From the IMG/VR virus record IMGVR_UViG_3300042988_001339, positions 3,285 through 67,284 of that record: a stretch of DNA of 64,000 nucleotides. One strand, written 5' to 3'. A model generated the notes under the pieces. The model was not told the DNA's origin. It did not search any database and worked only from the letters and a program-made list of their open reading frames with translations. Shown piece after piece: positions 1-9,262 of this stretch. Position numbers and translations under genes: made by a program. Within the stretch, counting starts at the first letter, position 1. Each line of letters starts with the position of its first letter. The stretch is from a virus.

Positions 1-94
1 GATCGACCCGCGAGCGGTCCGGTTCGCGCCGGTCCGGTGGCTGCTGTTCCCGGTCCGCACGTTCCGCGCGTTCCGCGCGGCGGTCGGGGAGGGC

Positions 95-493
95 GTGGTC
101 GACCCGCAGGAGGCGTGGGCGCTCGCCCCCGCGAAGACGCCTGCGGCGCCCGCGCCGGTCGAGCCCGCCGCGGTCCCGGTCACCGTCGAGGTGACCCCAG
201 TCAGCCAGCCCCCGGCCGCCGCGGTGGCGGCACCCCTGATCACCGTGCCGGGGCCCGTCGCCCCCCCGAAGGCCCCGGCACGGCCCACCCGCCAGACCCG
301 CACCACCACCGGTGGGCCCCGGGCTGCGACCGACGAAGACGTCCTCCGGGTCACCCGTGGCGTCCTCGCGAAGAAGCCGTCCGCGGGCCGGGTCGTCGTG
401 ACCCGGGCCCTCGCCGAGGAGGGGTACAGGCCTGGGGACAAGACCCGCCTCGACCGGCTCATCAGCCAAGCCCGTGGGGAGCAGCAGTCATGA
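95..493 (+). CDS. Pro/Ala-rich protein, probably the C-terminal part of a gene starting before the window
   Basis: High-GC codon pattern; stop overlaps next ATG (ATGA). Confidence 0.5.
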   Translation: MVDPQEAWALAPAKTPAAPAPVEPAAVPVTVEVTPVSQPPAAAVAAPLITVPGPVAPPKAPARPTRQTRTTTGGPRAATDEDVLRVTRGVLAKKPSAGRVVVTRALAEEGYRPGDKTRLDRLISQARGEQQS

Positions 494-696
494 CCACGCC
501 ATCGTCGATCCCGTCAACCAACCAGCAGCAGGAGGCACCAGTGAACATCCCCGCCGTCGAGGTCCTGGACGAGGTCCGGCCGCCCGCGTACCGGGTCGCG
601 CCGCGCCTGTCGCGTCGTCTCGGGTACGCATGGGCGCCCGTCGTTGTCGGTGCCGTTGGCGCCGTTTCGTGGCTGGTGCAGGTGGTGTCCCGGTGA
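490..696 (+). CDS. Small membrane protein
   Basis: MTTPSS...WAPVVVGAVGAVSWLVQVV hydrophobic C-terminus; coupled overlaps. Confidence 0.55.
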   Translation: MTTPSSIPSTNQQQEAPVNIPAVEVLDEVRPPAYRVAPRLSRRLGYAWAPVVVGAVGAVSWLVQVVSR

Positions 697-1064
697 CCGC
701 GCTCGTGCCGTTCACGCCGCTGACCGAGGTGCAGCGGGTGCCGCAGCCGGGGGATGTGGACTGGGAGGGCACCATTCGCCTGGACACGGACTGGCGGGAT
801 GTCGCCACGGTCGTCGGGTCGATGGGGCTCGTCGGGGTGTCCTCGGTGACGGGGTTCGCGGTGACGGGCGGCCCGGTCGGGCTCGTCGGGTCCGGGCTGG
901 GGGCGTTCGCTGCGGTGGTGGGCGCGCACAAGGTGGCGTGGTCGCTCGCCCGCCGCCGGCGGGTGGACCAGACGCCCGTGGCGCCGCTGCCGGTGCCTGT
1001 GTCGGTGGAGGTGCTGGAGCACGCGCCGGGCGTGTACGTGGAGGGCGCACCCCGATACGCGTGA
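693..1064 (+). CDS. Membrane protein, hypothetical
   Basis: Two Gly-rich hydrophobic segments; GTGA overlap; followed by terminator. Confidence 0.55.
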   Translation: MTALVPFTPLTEVQRVPQPGDVDWEGTIRLDTDWRDVATVVGSMGLVGVSSVTGFAVTGGPVGLVGSGLGAFAAVVGAHKVAWSLARRRRVDQTPVAPLPVPVSVEVLEHAPGVYVEGAPRYA

Positions 1065-1076
1065 CCCCCGCCCGCG

Positions 1077-1119
1077 ACGGCGGTGCCCCCACTCACAGGG
1101 TGGGGGCACCGCCGTTTCT
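1077..1119 (+). terminator. Intrinsic terminator
   Basis: 16-bp stem ACGGCGGTGCCCCCAC/GTGGGGGCACCGCCGT followed by TTCT. Confidence 0.75.
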
Positions 1120-1242
1120 GCACCCGAGCCCGTATGCCATGGACCCAATACGCCACGGGAGACACGCATACCGCCCACCAGCAGGTGGGACACCATCCCG
1201 TAGTAGGCGACACGGCCGGGCGGCCCCCGTAGCCTCGGACTC

Positions 1243-1686
1243 GTGAAGGATCTCGCCGCGTTCCTCGCCGCCCGCTTCGACGAAGCCGAAGAGCGCGCCC
1301 ACACGTGCACGCCAGTCTTCGCCGGTCCGGGCGGCCCGGACGCGACGACCGTGTGCGCGACAGGGCCAGCCGATTGCCCGCAGTCGATGGCGGACGCCGC
1401 GCACATAGCGGCCTACGACCCCGCGCGGGCACTCATGGACGTCGCGGTCCGGCGGGCGATCCTCACCGCCGTGACCGGGTGGCGGCACCACGTCAACGAC
1501 GAAGACCCGTGGTACACGTGCAGTGCCGCGACCACGGAAGCGGATGGCGGGGAGACCGCTGACCTGTCCCGCCGCGGCGGGGACTGCGACTGTTGTCGGG
1601 ACACCCGGGCCCGGCAGATCCTCGGGCCTCTCGCGGTCCCGCACGCCGACCACCCCGACTACGACCCCGCGTGGAGTGCGCCCTGA
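1243..1686 (+). CDS. DUF6221-like protein (copy 1)
   Basis: DLAAFLAARFDE...HIAAYDPARALMDV...HADHPDYDPAW signature. Confidence 0.8.
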   Translation: MKDLAAFLAARFDEAEERAHTCTPVFAGPGGPDATTVCATGPADCPQSMADAAHIAAYDPARALMDVAVRRAILTAVTGWRHHVNDEDPWYTCSAATTEADGGETADLSRRGGDCDCCRDTRARQILGPLAVPHADHPDYDPAWSAP

Positions 1687-1691
1687 CGTGC

Positions 1692-1733
1692 GGACGGCCC
1701 GATCCCTCGGGGCAGGGGGGTCGGGCCGTCCTT
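1692..1733 (+). terminator. Terminator-like hairpin
   Basis: GGACGGCCCGA...TCGGGCCGTCC-TT directly after the stop. Confidence 0.65.
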
Positions 1734-1922
1734 GACGCGGGCCGGTTACGGGGGCGTTCGCGGCGCCGCGCACCCCACGATAGGCACACGACCCCACTTT
1801 CGGCAGGCGATCCGCCTACTTGCGGTGGGTGGGCACCCGGTCCGGGGCCTCCACCGCGGGGCCGTCGACACGCCGCCAAGGTAGTCACGCCGCCAAGTAG
1901 GCGTCATGCTCGCCCCGTGACG

Positions 1923-2177
1923 ATGCAGCCCCCGGCACCCCCACCGCCCGGCTGGTACCCCCACAGCGCGGGGACGCTGCGCTACTGGGACGGCCAGCAG
2001 TGGACCGCGGACATCGCGCCCGCCGTACAGGCGCAGGCACCGCGGGCACGGGCCGTGTCCGGGATGAGCACGGGGGAGAACATCCTCCACCTCATCCTCA
2101 CCATCTGCACCATCGGTCTCTGGGCGCCGCTCTGGTGGCTCCGTGCGCGACTGTCCCGCCGGAGGATCATCTACTGA
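1923..2177 (+). CDS. DUF2510-like domain membrane protein
   Basis: PPGWYP...LRYWDGQQWT motif plus HLILTICTIGLW transmembrane segment. Confidence 0.8.
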   Translation: MQPPAPPPPGWYPHSAGTLRYWDGQQWTADIAPAVQAQAPRARAVSGMSTGENILHLILTICTIGLWAPLWWLRARLSRRRIIY

Positions 2178-2207
2178 CCCGGGCCGCCGCGCCCGGCTCA
2201 ACCAGCG

Positions 2208-2247
2208 AAGGCCTCCTTCCATGCGCGGGCATGGGGGGAGGCCTTTC
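2208..2247 (+). terminator. Intrinsic terminator
   Basis: AAGGCCTCC...GGAGGCCTTT hairpin. Confidence 0.65.
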
Positions 2248-2402
2248 CTGTGCCCGCTGGCGCCTAGCGCGAGTGGGTGACGCACCTACAGGTCGACGGC
2301 GGCGCGGCCGATGATTGGTGTGCAAGACAAAAGAGCGGGCCCCCGGAAGCGCTGCGAACGCACCCGGGAGCCCTACGACCCCGGACCCACTCGGAGGGCA
2401 CC

Positions 2403-2726
2403 GTGACCGCGACCGCCACACTGCCACACCCCCGCACCCCCACCGATACGCCCATCGCGCGTGTCGCACCCGACGCCCACTGGATGTGGGGCGTCCTCGC
2501 CGCCGGCGCGACCGGGTCCGTGGCCATCGCCGCGACCGCCGTGTGGGGTGCCGTCCAGCACCCGGGCGCCGCCGCCGTCATCTTCGCCGCTCTCACCGTC
2601 TGGGCGTTCACCGTCGCCACGGTCCGGGAGATCCGGGAGACCCGGAGGGCGCCGCGGGGTCTCGGCGCATGGCGGATCGCCTGCGGCGCGACACCCCTCG
2701 ACCTCACCCTCCCGGCCCGGGCGTGA
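2403..2726 (+). CDS. Membrane protein, hypothetical
   Basis: GGAGG RBS, GTG start, two TM segments. Confidence 0.6.
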   Translation: MTATATLPHPRTPTDTPIARVAPDAHWMWGVLAAGATGSVAIAATAVWGAVQHPGAAAVIFAALTVWAFTVATVREIRETRRAPRGLGAWRIACGATPLDLTLPARA

Positions 2727-2791
2727 CCCGGACCGACCGCATGACCCCCGAACGCCACCACCCGCCGACCACCCGACCTGAGGAGCACCCG

Positions 2792-3199
2792 ATGCCCGCC
2801 ACCCCCGTCCCCGCCGTCAACCTCCGCGCCGCCCTGATGCGCGCCGCTGTCGCCTACGGCACCCTCGCCGCGCCCCTCGACGGCATCGAGATCCCGCTCC
2901 GCGTCGCCATGTCCGTCACCTGGGAGAACGGCGTCGCGCACATCAACATCGGGGACGCCGACGCCGCCGAACGCGTCGCCCACACCCTCCACCTCGACTA
3001 CCAGCCGCACGCATCGACCGCCCGCGTCCACAACTGGTCGGGGACCCTCCACGACCAGCCCGTCATCGTCACCGGCCACGGACCCCTCGGCACCAACCCC
3101 GACGTCCTCCGCCTCCGGGCCCGTGCCGCGGCCCGCCGCAAGCTCGACCTCCTCGTGCCCGCCGCCCGCACGGCCCGCGTGATCGACGTGACGGCGTGA
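2792..3199 (+). CDS. Hypothetical protein
   Basis: GAGGAG RBS before ATG; strong third-position GC bias. Confidence 0.65.
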   Translation: MPATPVPAVNLRAALMRAAVAYGTLAAPLDGIEIPLRVAMSVTWENGVAHINIGDADAAERVAHTLHLDYQPHASTARVHNWSGTLHDQPVIVTGHGPLGTNPDVLRLRARAAARRKLDLLVPAARTARVIDVTA

Positions 3200-3203
3200 C
3201 GGC

Positions 3204-3512
3204 GTGACCGCCCAGACCGAGGGGGCCCCGCGCCGTGGTCCCGGACGGCCCCGCCTCACCACGGACGAAACCAGCGTCCTCGTGACGCCCCGGTTCGCCG
3301 GCGAGTGGCACGCCGACGGGTACCCCTGGTGTGACCAGTGCGGGATGCCCGCGGTGCGTGTCCCCGGGTCCACGTGGCTCCACGCCGCTCCCGGGCACCG
3401 CGGCGGGGTCCCCCGGGAGTTCGACACGACCGGGCACCGGGTCACCGCCAACGACTGGTGGGATCTCGTCGTCAACGGGCCGGGTCACAGCGACCCGAGG
3501 GACGCCGCGTGA
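3204..3512 (+). CDS. Hypothetical protein with AT-hook-like RGPGRPR and CxxC
   Basis: ORF track; motifs in translation. Confidence 0.55.
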   Translation: MTAQTEGAPRRGPGRPRLTTDETSVLVTPRFAGEWHADGYPWCDQCGMPAVRVPGSTWLHAAPGHRGGVPREFDTTGHRVTANDWWDLVVNGPGHSDPRDAA

Positions 3513-3517
3513 GGGGC

Positions 3518-3841
3518 ATGGCACGGATCGTCCGCTGGTGGCGGCGGCCCGGGGCGCTGGACCCGGTGGCGGCGCGCATGGAGCGGGAGTACCCGGACGT
3601 GATGGATCGGATCTTCGGCCCGGACCCTGATCGTTCACCCCGGCCACTAGTCGACCCGGAGCGGCCCTCGCCCGCGTATCAGGCCGCGGTGGTCGTGGCC
3701 GTGGAGTGCCTCGCGTTCTGCGAGGTGCACCCTCCCGGTCACTGGAACTGCCGGAAGGCGTGCGCGAAGCCCCTCGGGCACCAGCGGCCCGGCGGCGGCA
3801 ACAACTCGCACGCCTGCGCCACCGTGATCTACGGCTGGTGA
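3518..3841 (+). CDS. Hypothetical Cys/His-rich protein
   Basis: ATG after GAGGGG; codon bias. Confidence 0.5.
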   Translation: MARIVRWWRRPGALDPVAARMEREYPDVMDRIFGPDPDRSPRPLVDPERPSPAYQAAVVVAVECLAFCEVHPPGHWNCRKACAKPLGHQRPGGGNNSHACATVIYGW

Positions 3842-3963
3842 GCTACGGCTGGTAGTGGGATGCCCCTCGGCCCTGCACCGGCCGGGGGGCGTGCCGCTTG
3901 TGGGGTGGCGTGGTGCCTAGTGTGGGTCGGCTGTTCGGGGGATCTGTGGTGTGTCCACTTCAG

Positions 3964-3988
3964 AAACTACGGCGCAGCGCCGTAGTTT
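3964..3988. promoter_or_regulatory. Perfect 25-bp palindromic operator overlapping a putative promoter
   Basis: AAACTACGGCGC-A-GCGCCGTAGTTT; overlaps TTCAGA-N18-TAGTTT. Confidence 0.65.
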
Positions 3989-4266
3989 ACTCATGTGAGG
4001 CCGGAACGCCCGGCCCACACCACCCCCGGAGGTCACCATGTTCCGCACCGCGCAGTACGGCGTCGAGCACAACGGCAGCCCGCTCGTGGTGCGCTGCGAC
4101 AGCGCCAGCGAGGCGCTGACCCTCGCCCCGGAGTTCGACGGTGGCGTCGCGGTGCGCCGCGACCCCCGCACGGGGACGTGGCAGCGGCTCGGGTAGCCGC
4201 CCAACGGCTGGCCCCCACGGGGGCCCGCCACCGCCACCATCGCCACCACCCCAGGAGGACCCCACC

Positions 4267-4743
4267 GTGACCACCCACACCTACGCCGACGTCCAAGAGG
4301 GCGACACCATCGTCCTGCCCGACGGGCGACCCGCCATCGTCACGTTCGCCTTCACCACCGACGCCCACGGCGGCACCTTCTACGGCGGCGCCGACTCGGC
4401 CGTCCACTACCACCACGACCCCACAGCGCCCGTCGTCGGCACCACCCGCGTGAGCCTCTGCGAGGCCACCGACACCCCCGTCACCCTCCTGGGACCCATC
4501 GCCCCCCGGGCCCGCTCCCACGCCCACCCCACCCACCGGCCCGCCCCGGGTGACACCGTGCGGGTCGTCACGGCCAGCACCCCGGACCTCACGGGCCGCA
4601 CCGGGAGCGTCCAGCAGGTACACCCCGACGGCACCACCGTTCTCCTCTCGCTCGACCCGGCGCCCGAGGATGACGCCGAACCGTTCGCGGAGCCCGGCAA
4701 GGGGCGCCTCTGCGTCGTCTACGCCGTCGAGCCCGTCGCCTGA
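4267..4743 (+). CDS. Hypothetical protein (possible tandem SH3/KOW-like barrels)
   Basis: AGGAGG RBS; EGDTIV and PGDTVRV...GRTGSV motifs. Confidence 0.6.
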   Translation: MTTHTYADVQEGDTIVLPDGRPAIVTFAFTTDAHGGTFYGGADSAVHYHHDPTAPVVGTTRVSLCEATDTPVTLLGPIAPRARSHAHPTHRPAPGDTVRVVTASTPDLTGRTGSVQQVHPDGTTVLLSLDPAPEDDAEPFAEPGKGRLCVVYAVEPVA

Positions 4744-5120
4744 TGGACGACACCAGCCCCGCGGGGCCCGCCCGCCCGGACGACAAGACCGCAGGCGTGG
4801 ACCTCCCATACGGGCGGCCCCTCGCCGAGATGTCGCACGAGTGGCTGTGCGCCGAGGTCCGACTGCTGCACCTCCAGCGGGCCACCCTCCAGCGGGAGGT
4901 CGGCGAGCTCGCGGGTGACGCCGCGCGGTGGCGGGCCCTCGCCCGTGGTCTTGCCGCGGTCATCCGGGGGCTCCCGCGGCGCCCCGTGATCCGCAAGGCG
5001 TGGGCGCAGGCGTTGCCGTGCCTGGAGTGGGCGGAACGCGCCCAGCCCTACAGTGACGTCCCCGGGTGGGCACCCACCCCGAAATGGATCACGGAGGAGC
5101 CCGGCCATGACCGATCTTGA
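4743..5120 (+). CDS. Hypothetical coiled-coil protein
   Basis: TGATG overlap; ORF track. Confidence 0.55.
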   Translation: MDDTSPAGPARPDDKTAGVDLPYGRPLAEMSHEWLCAEVRLLHLQRATLQREVGELAGDAARWRALARGLAAVIRGLPRRPVIRKAWAQALPCLEWAERAQPYSDVPGWAPTPKWITEEPGHDRS

Positions 5121-5340
5121 AGGGGAGTGGGTCGACGTCGCCGGAGCCGCCAACATCTGCGGGATCAAGCCCGGGACGTGGCGTGACTACGTGTCCAGCG
5201 GGCACGCCCCAGCACCCGACGACCCGGACGCCGGCGCCCCACCCGCGAGACGCAGGCCCCGTTGGCGACGAGAGACCGTGGAGCAGTGGCACGCGGGGCG
5301 TCCCGGGCCGGGTCGGCACGGACCCCGGACGACCTCCTGA
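5107..5340 (+). CDS. AlpA/Xis-like HTH DNA-binding protein
   Basis: VAGAANICGIKPGTWRDYVSSGHAPAPD...PRWRRETVEQW...RPG. Confidence 0.8.
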   Translation: MTDLEGEWVDVAGAANICGIKPGTWRDYVSSGHAPAPDDPDAGAPPARRRPRWRRETVEQWHAGRPGPGRHGPRTTS

Positions 5341-5386
5341 CAGTAGGTGTGTCGCCTAGCCAGGAGGGGTCCAGGGCCCTACTATC

Positions 5387-5414
5387 GACGTAGATAATTC
5401 CTGTTATCCACGGA
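5387..5414. other. dif/lox-like tyrosine recombinase site
   Basis: GACGTAGATAA-TTCCTG-TTATCCACGGA: 11-6-11 layout with ATAA-N6-TTAT core and inverted arms. Confidence 0.6.
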
Positions 5415-5427
5415 CCGGAGCCCTGAA

Positions 5428-5775
5428 ATGCCCATCCCCATCCGCACCCCCGACGGAACCCCGCTCGGACACGCGACCATCCACCTCCCCCCGGGCCTTA
5501 CGCCCGGCGACCTCATCGCAGGGATCCGTGACGGCGGGGTCGACGAGTACGTCCACCTCCCGCGCGCGACCGGTGCGGGTACCACCGCCGACCGGATCCG
5601 GGAGGGCCTCGGCATCCTCGCCCAGTACGGCAAGGTCGACTGTGCCGCCGGGCACGACGAGTTCTTCGCGGGCGTGGACAGGGCGCTGTCCCCAGCGGAC
5701 CTCGACGCGATCCTTGCGCTCGGGTGGCGGTCGGACTCCGACGGCGGCCCTGGCTCGTTCGGGATCTTCGTCTGA
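5428..5775 (+). CDS. Hypothetical protein
   Basis: GGAG RBS; codon bias. Confidence 0.6.
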   Translation: MPIPIRTPDGTPLGHATIHLPPGLTPGDLIAGIRDGGVDEYVHLPRATGAGTTADRIREGLGILAQYGKVDCAAGHDEFFAGVDRALSPADLDAILALGWRSDSDGGPGSFGIFV

Positions 5776-6029
5776 TGCGGGCCCTCCCGCGCCACCGCGG
5801 CGCCATCATCGAGGCCACCGTGCCCGTGGGCGCGGACGGCCAGGCCTCCGCCATGCTCGTCCTCAGGGAGGACGACAACATCGTGTGGGACTCCCTCACC
5901 CTGGGCACCTACCCCACCTACGTCCCCAGTGAGCTGACCGACGTGACGGTCCACTTCGCTGGGATCGGCGCACGCCCCACCCCGACCACCCCCGCCGGTT
6001 TCGGTCGCACTCTCGGGGTCGTCCCGTGA
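5775..6029 (+). CDS. Hypothetical protein
   Basis: TGATG overlap. Confidence 0.55.
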   Translation: MRALPRHRGAIIEATVPVGADGQASAMLVLREDDNIVWDSLTLGTYPTYVPSELTDVTVHFAGIGARPTPTTPAGFGRTLGVVP

Positions 6030-6370
6030 GCGACCTGACCACCGAGCGGGTCGCCCACAGCGCGATGGTCGGCGCCCTCGCCCTCGCCAACCCGGGGACC
6101 GAACTCCCCGACTGGTTCCGTGAAGCGGCGCTCGGGTACGGCATGCGTCCAATCGCCGAGCCTGTTACCCGCGCGGTGCTCGCCGACCTGGAGGACCGGT
6201 ACATCCTCATCCCCCGGGAAGGCGTCACCGTCCGCACCGACTGGGGCATCCAGATGCCCACCACTGGCCGCGTGTTCACCGAGATCCGGGAACCCGACTG
6301 GGACCTCAAGCACGGGCAGGTCAAGGTGAGTCGCACGCACATCGTCGGCGCCTGGGAGGCCCAGTCATGA
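6026..6370 (+). CDS. Hypothetical protein
   Basis: 4-bp overlaps at both ends. Confidence 0.6.
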   Translation: MSDLTTERVAHSAMVGALALANPGTELPDWFREAALGYGMRPIAEPVTRAVLADLEDRYILIPREGVTVRTDWGIQMPTTGRVFTEIREPDWDLKHGQVKVSRTHIVGAWEAQS

Positions 6371-6732
6371 CTGGCACCCGAGAGATCACGGGCGACGTAG
6401 AGCGGACCTGCCTCGCGTGCGCCTGCGCCGTCCGGAATCCCAAGTCCCCCCAGTCGTTCGGTGACGAGGTGCTGACGGAACTGGTCGCGGGGTACCTGCG
6501 CGACCACCGGTACCAGCGCGGCGACGGCGGGTCCAAGGTGGACCGGGGTGACGAGTTCCGTGCGGCCACCCTCGTGCACCTCGTGCTCGGGCACAGCGCG
6601 GAGGTGGAGCGGCTGCGTGCGGTGGAGGTGGACGAGCGCCGGCACTGCGACGAGCAGACGCAGGAGATCGAGGCCCTGTCGCGTCAGGTCCGGGACCTGG
6701 CGCTCCGCGCGGCACCGGAGGCGACCCTGTGA
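6367..6732 (+). CDS. Hypothetical protein (CxxC, coiled coil)
   Basis: 4-bp overlaps at both ends. Confidence 0.6.
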   Translation: MTGTREITGDVERTCLACACAVRNPKSPQSFGDEVLTELVAGYLRDHRYQRGDGGSKVDRGDEFRAATLVHLVLGHSAEVERLRAVEVDERRHCDEQTQEIEALSRQVRDLALRAAPEATL

Positions 6733-7193
6733 GCGCCCCCGGGATCGTGGCGTTCCTCCGGGCCCGCCTCGACGAGGACGAGGCGGCGGCCAGGCTCGCA
6801 GGGGCCACTCCTGACGAGCGGTGGCGACGCCACGAGAACGCCGTCCTCGAAGACGTCCCCGATGGCCACCGGGGGGCATGGATCGCCCAAGCCTGTGAGG
6901 ATGAGGAAACCGCCGCGCACATCGCCAGCCATGATCCCGCGCGCGTCCTCGCGGACGTCTCGGCGGTCCGGGCGCTGATCGCCGTGGTCGCATCGTGGCG
7001 GCACAGGGCCGACTTGGATGCGTGGGTGTTCTGCGCCCGCGCGCCCGAGACCCGCGCGACGTTCCCCGACGACTGGGACGAGGGTGGCGATCGGTGTACG
7101 TGCGGCCGGGACCGGGACGTCCTGGCGGTCCTCGGTCCGTTCGCCGCTGTCCACGCTGCGCACCCCGACTACCAGCAGGCGTGGAAGCCGTGA
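6729..7193 (+). CDS. DUF6221-like protein (copy 2)
   Basis: IVAFLRARLDEDE...HIASHDPARVLADV...AAHPDYQQAWKP. Confidence 0.8.
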   Translation: MSAPGIVAFLRARLDEDEAAARLAGATPDERWRRHENAVLEDVPDGHRGAWIAQACEDEETAAHIASHDPARVLADVSAVRALIAVVASWRHRADLDAWVFCARAPETRATFPDDWDEGGDRCTCGRDRDVLAVLGPFAAVHAAHPDYQQAWKP

Positions 7194-8170
7194 GCGGGCT
7201 CGCGGCCATCGAGACGGCCACCCAGGACATCGCGGTCATCGAGTTCCCCGACGGATCCGACCCCTGGAGCGTCCTCGTCCGCGCATGGCTGCACTCGTTC
7301 CGCAAAAAGCACACCACCCGCCGGGCCTACCTGACGGACGCGAAGCAGTGGACAGAGTGGTGCACAGGCCGGGGCATCGACCCGTTCTGGGCCTACCAGG
7401 TCCACGTCGACCAGTGGGCCGAGCACCTCGCCGAGCGTGGCGGGCACGGCGGGAGACCGGCGGCGACCAAGACGCTGGCCCGCAAGCTCGCGGCCCTCGC
7501 GTCCCTCTACCGGTACGCGAAACGCCACGGGCTCGTGGAGAACAATCCGCTCCCGGACGTCGACAGGCCGGACGTGTCCCGGGACTACGCGGCCACCATC
7601 AGCCTCGACGAGGCGCAGACGCGGGCGGTGGTGCGGGCGGCGCGGGACCACTCCCCTACGGCGCACGCCCTGGTGGTGCTCCTCGCGTTGACGGGTGTCC
7701 GGGTCGCTGAGGCGCTGGCCGCGGATGTCACGGACCTTGTCGACGATCACGGGTACCGGTGCCTGAACGTGACCCGGAAGGGTGGTGCCGTGGACCGTGT
7801 CGCGTTGCCGCCGCAGGCCGCGCACGTCGTCGCCGGGTACCTCGGTGACCGGGCGGACGGGCCTTTGTTCGTGGGTGTCACGGGGGGGCGGGTGACGTAC
7901 TCGGCGGCCCGGTGGATGCTGACCCGGATCGGCCGGGCCGCGGGGTTGTCGTTGGCGTTGCATCCGCACATGTTGCGGGCGTCGTTCGCGACCATCTCGT
8001 TTGATCATGGGGTTGGGCCGGACCGGATCCAGGACGCGATGGGGCACGCGGACCCACGGACGACCCGCCTGTACGACCGGGGCCGAGGGAAGCTCCGGCG
8101 GAAGGCAGAGCCGGGGAACGTAGTCGCGAAGTTCGTGATGCCCGACGACGAGGAGGTGGGTCGTGGGTGA
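7190..8170 (+). CDS. XerC/D-like tyrosine recombinase 1
   Basis: N-terminal TRRAY..D core-binding domain; TGVR, RKG, HMLR, GHADPRTT..Y catalytic motifs. Confidence 0.92.
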   Translation: MSGLAAIETATQDIAVIEFPDGSDPWSVLVRAWLHSFRKKHTTRRAYLTDAKQWTEWCTGRGIDPFWAYQVHVDQWAEHLAERGGHGGRPAATKTLARKLAALASLYRYAKRHGLVENNPLPDVDRPDVSRDYAATISLDEAQTRAVVRAARDHSPTAHALVVLLALTGVRVAEALAADVTDLVDDHGYRCLNVTRKGGAVDRVALPPQAAHVVAGYLGDRADGPLFVGVTGGRVTYSAARWMLTRIGRAAGLSLALHPHMLRASFATISFDHGVGPDRIQDAMGHADPRTTRLYDRGRGKLRRKAEPGNVVAKFVMPDDEEVGRG

Positions 8171-8381
8171 CCCGCTCCCCGAGGTCGCCGTGACTTACGC
8201 CATCGACGTCGGGTGGACGTCGTCGCGGCCCGTCATCCCCGATGAGCATGTCCGGCGGGTCGTCGTGTCGTCGACCGACGGGACGGGCCGGGACGCGACG
8301 CTCCTCGCGGCGCAGATGGTCGCGTGCGACCCGCGGTGTGAGATGCCCACCAGCACGACGATCGTGGGGGTGGAGGCGTGA
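8163..8381 (+). CDS. Hypothetical protein
   Basis: Coupled ORF with RBS. Confidence 0.55.
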   Translation: MGDPLPEVAVTYAIDVGWTSSRPVIPDEHVRRVVVSSTDGTGRDATLLAAQMVACDPRCEMPTSTTIVGVEA

Positions 8382-8677
8382 CGCCGGCGGACGATCCGAT
8401 GGCACGGGTCCGGGGTCTGCTCGCGGAGTCTCGGGCGGCGGTCCGTGAGGGGCGGGCGCTCATCGAGCGGGCCGTGGATCTCCGGGGTGAGGCGTTCGCG
8501 GCGTTGCCGGTCGGGACGCGGCTCCGGTACGACTCGCAACTCTTGGAGTACGTGGTGGAGCTGCACCGGGACGGATGGCGGCAGGTCACCGGGGATGGCC
8601 GCCCGGAAGCGGGTTGGGTGCGGGAGCAGTGGAGCCACAGCAACTGGCGGATCGTCGGGGAGGACGACCTAGGGTGA
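8378..8677 (+). CDS. Hypothetical protein
   Basis: 4-bp overlap. Confidence 0.55.
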   Translation: MTPADDPMARVRGLLAESRAAVREGRALIERAVDLRGEAFAALPVGTRLRYDSQLLEYVVELHRDGWRQVTGDGRPEAGWVREQWSHSNWRIVGEDDLG

Positions 8678-8704
8678 CCTGCTTCGAGGACCGGGGTAGG
8701 TGCC

Positions 8705-9262
8705 CTACGGGGCGGGCGGGATGAGTCCCTTCACGCGGGCCCGGTGGATACGGCCCCGGACCGCGGCTAGGGACACATCTTCCCCGTCGTCGACGAGGGT
8801 GCGGTGCACGTAGATGGCCGGGCGACGCGCGGAGTCCCCGCCAGCAGCGACCGCGGCAGCGTGGAGGGACGCGACAACCCGCAGGGCGTCCCCTGGGGTC
8901 TGTGGCCGGGACTGGGGTGGCCCCGGCGCGGTGAGCTCGGCGGCGCCTTCCTGGTCGCCTGTGGCGGCGCGTGCGGCTGCGAGGCGGGCGCGTGCGGCTT
9001 CCGCTATCTCCCCGGCCCGCAGGCTGCGGAGCGCCGGGTGGTTGACGTCGGCGAGTCCCCCGGGGCCCGGGGTGTTGTCTGCGGTGAAGGTCCGGACGTC
9101 GAGGCCGACGAGGGTCACGCGGCCCCGGACCCGCGCGAGGTGGCAGGTCAGCAGGTAGGGGCCGGTCTCGTTGGGCCACCGTAGGGTCACGGGTTTCCCG
9201 TCGGGCCCGGGGGTCAACCAGTCGATGTCGTCCACGACGTGCACGGTAGCGGGCAAAGGCAC
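8705..9262 (-). CDS. Putative DNA-binding regulator with C-terminal HTH (DUF6214-like)
   Basis: VSLAAVRGRIHRARVKGLI C-terminal HTH pattern; start uncertain. Confidence 0.55.
   Translation of the reverse strand: MPLPATVHVVDDIDWLTPGPDGKPVTLRWPNETGPYLLTCHLARVRGRVTLVGLDVRTFTADNTPGPGGLADVNHPALRSLRAGEIAEAARARLAAARAATGDQEGAAELTAPGPPQSRPQTPGDALRVVASLHAAAVAAGGDSARRPAIYVHRTLVDDGEDVSLAAVRGRIHRARVKGLIPPAP

Noticed and set aside
7190-8170. Canonical lambda-type phage integrase with attP next to a tRNA
   Set aside because: No arm-binding domain evident, mid-operon location, and no tRNA-like sequence seen nearby
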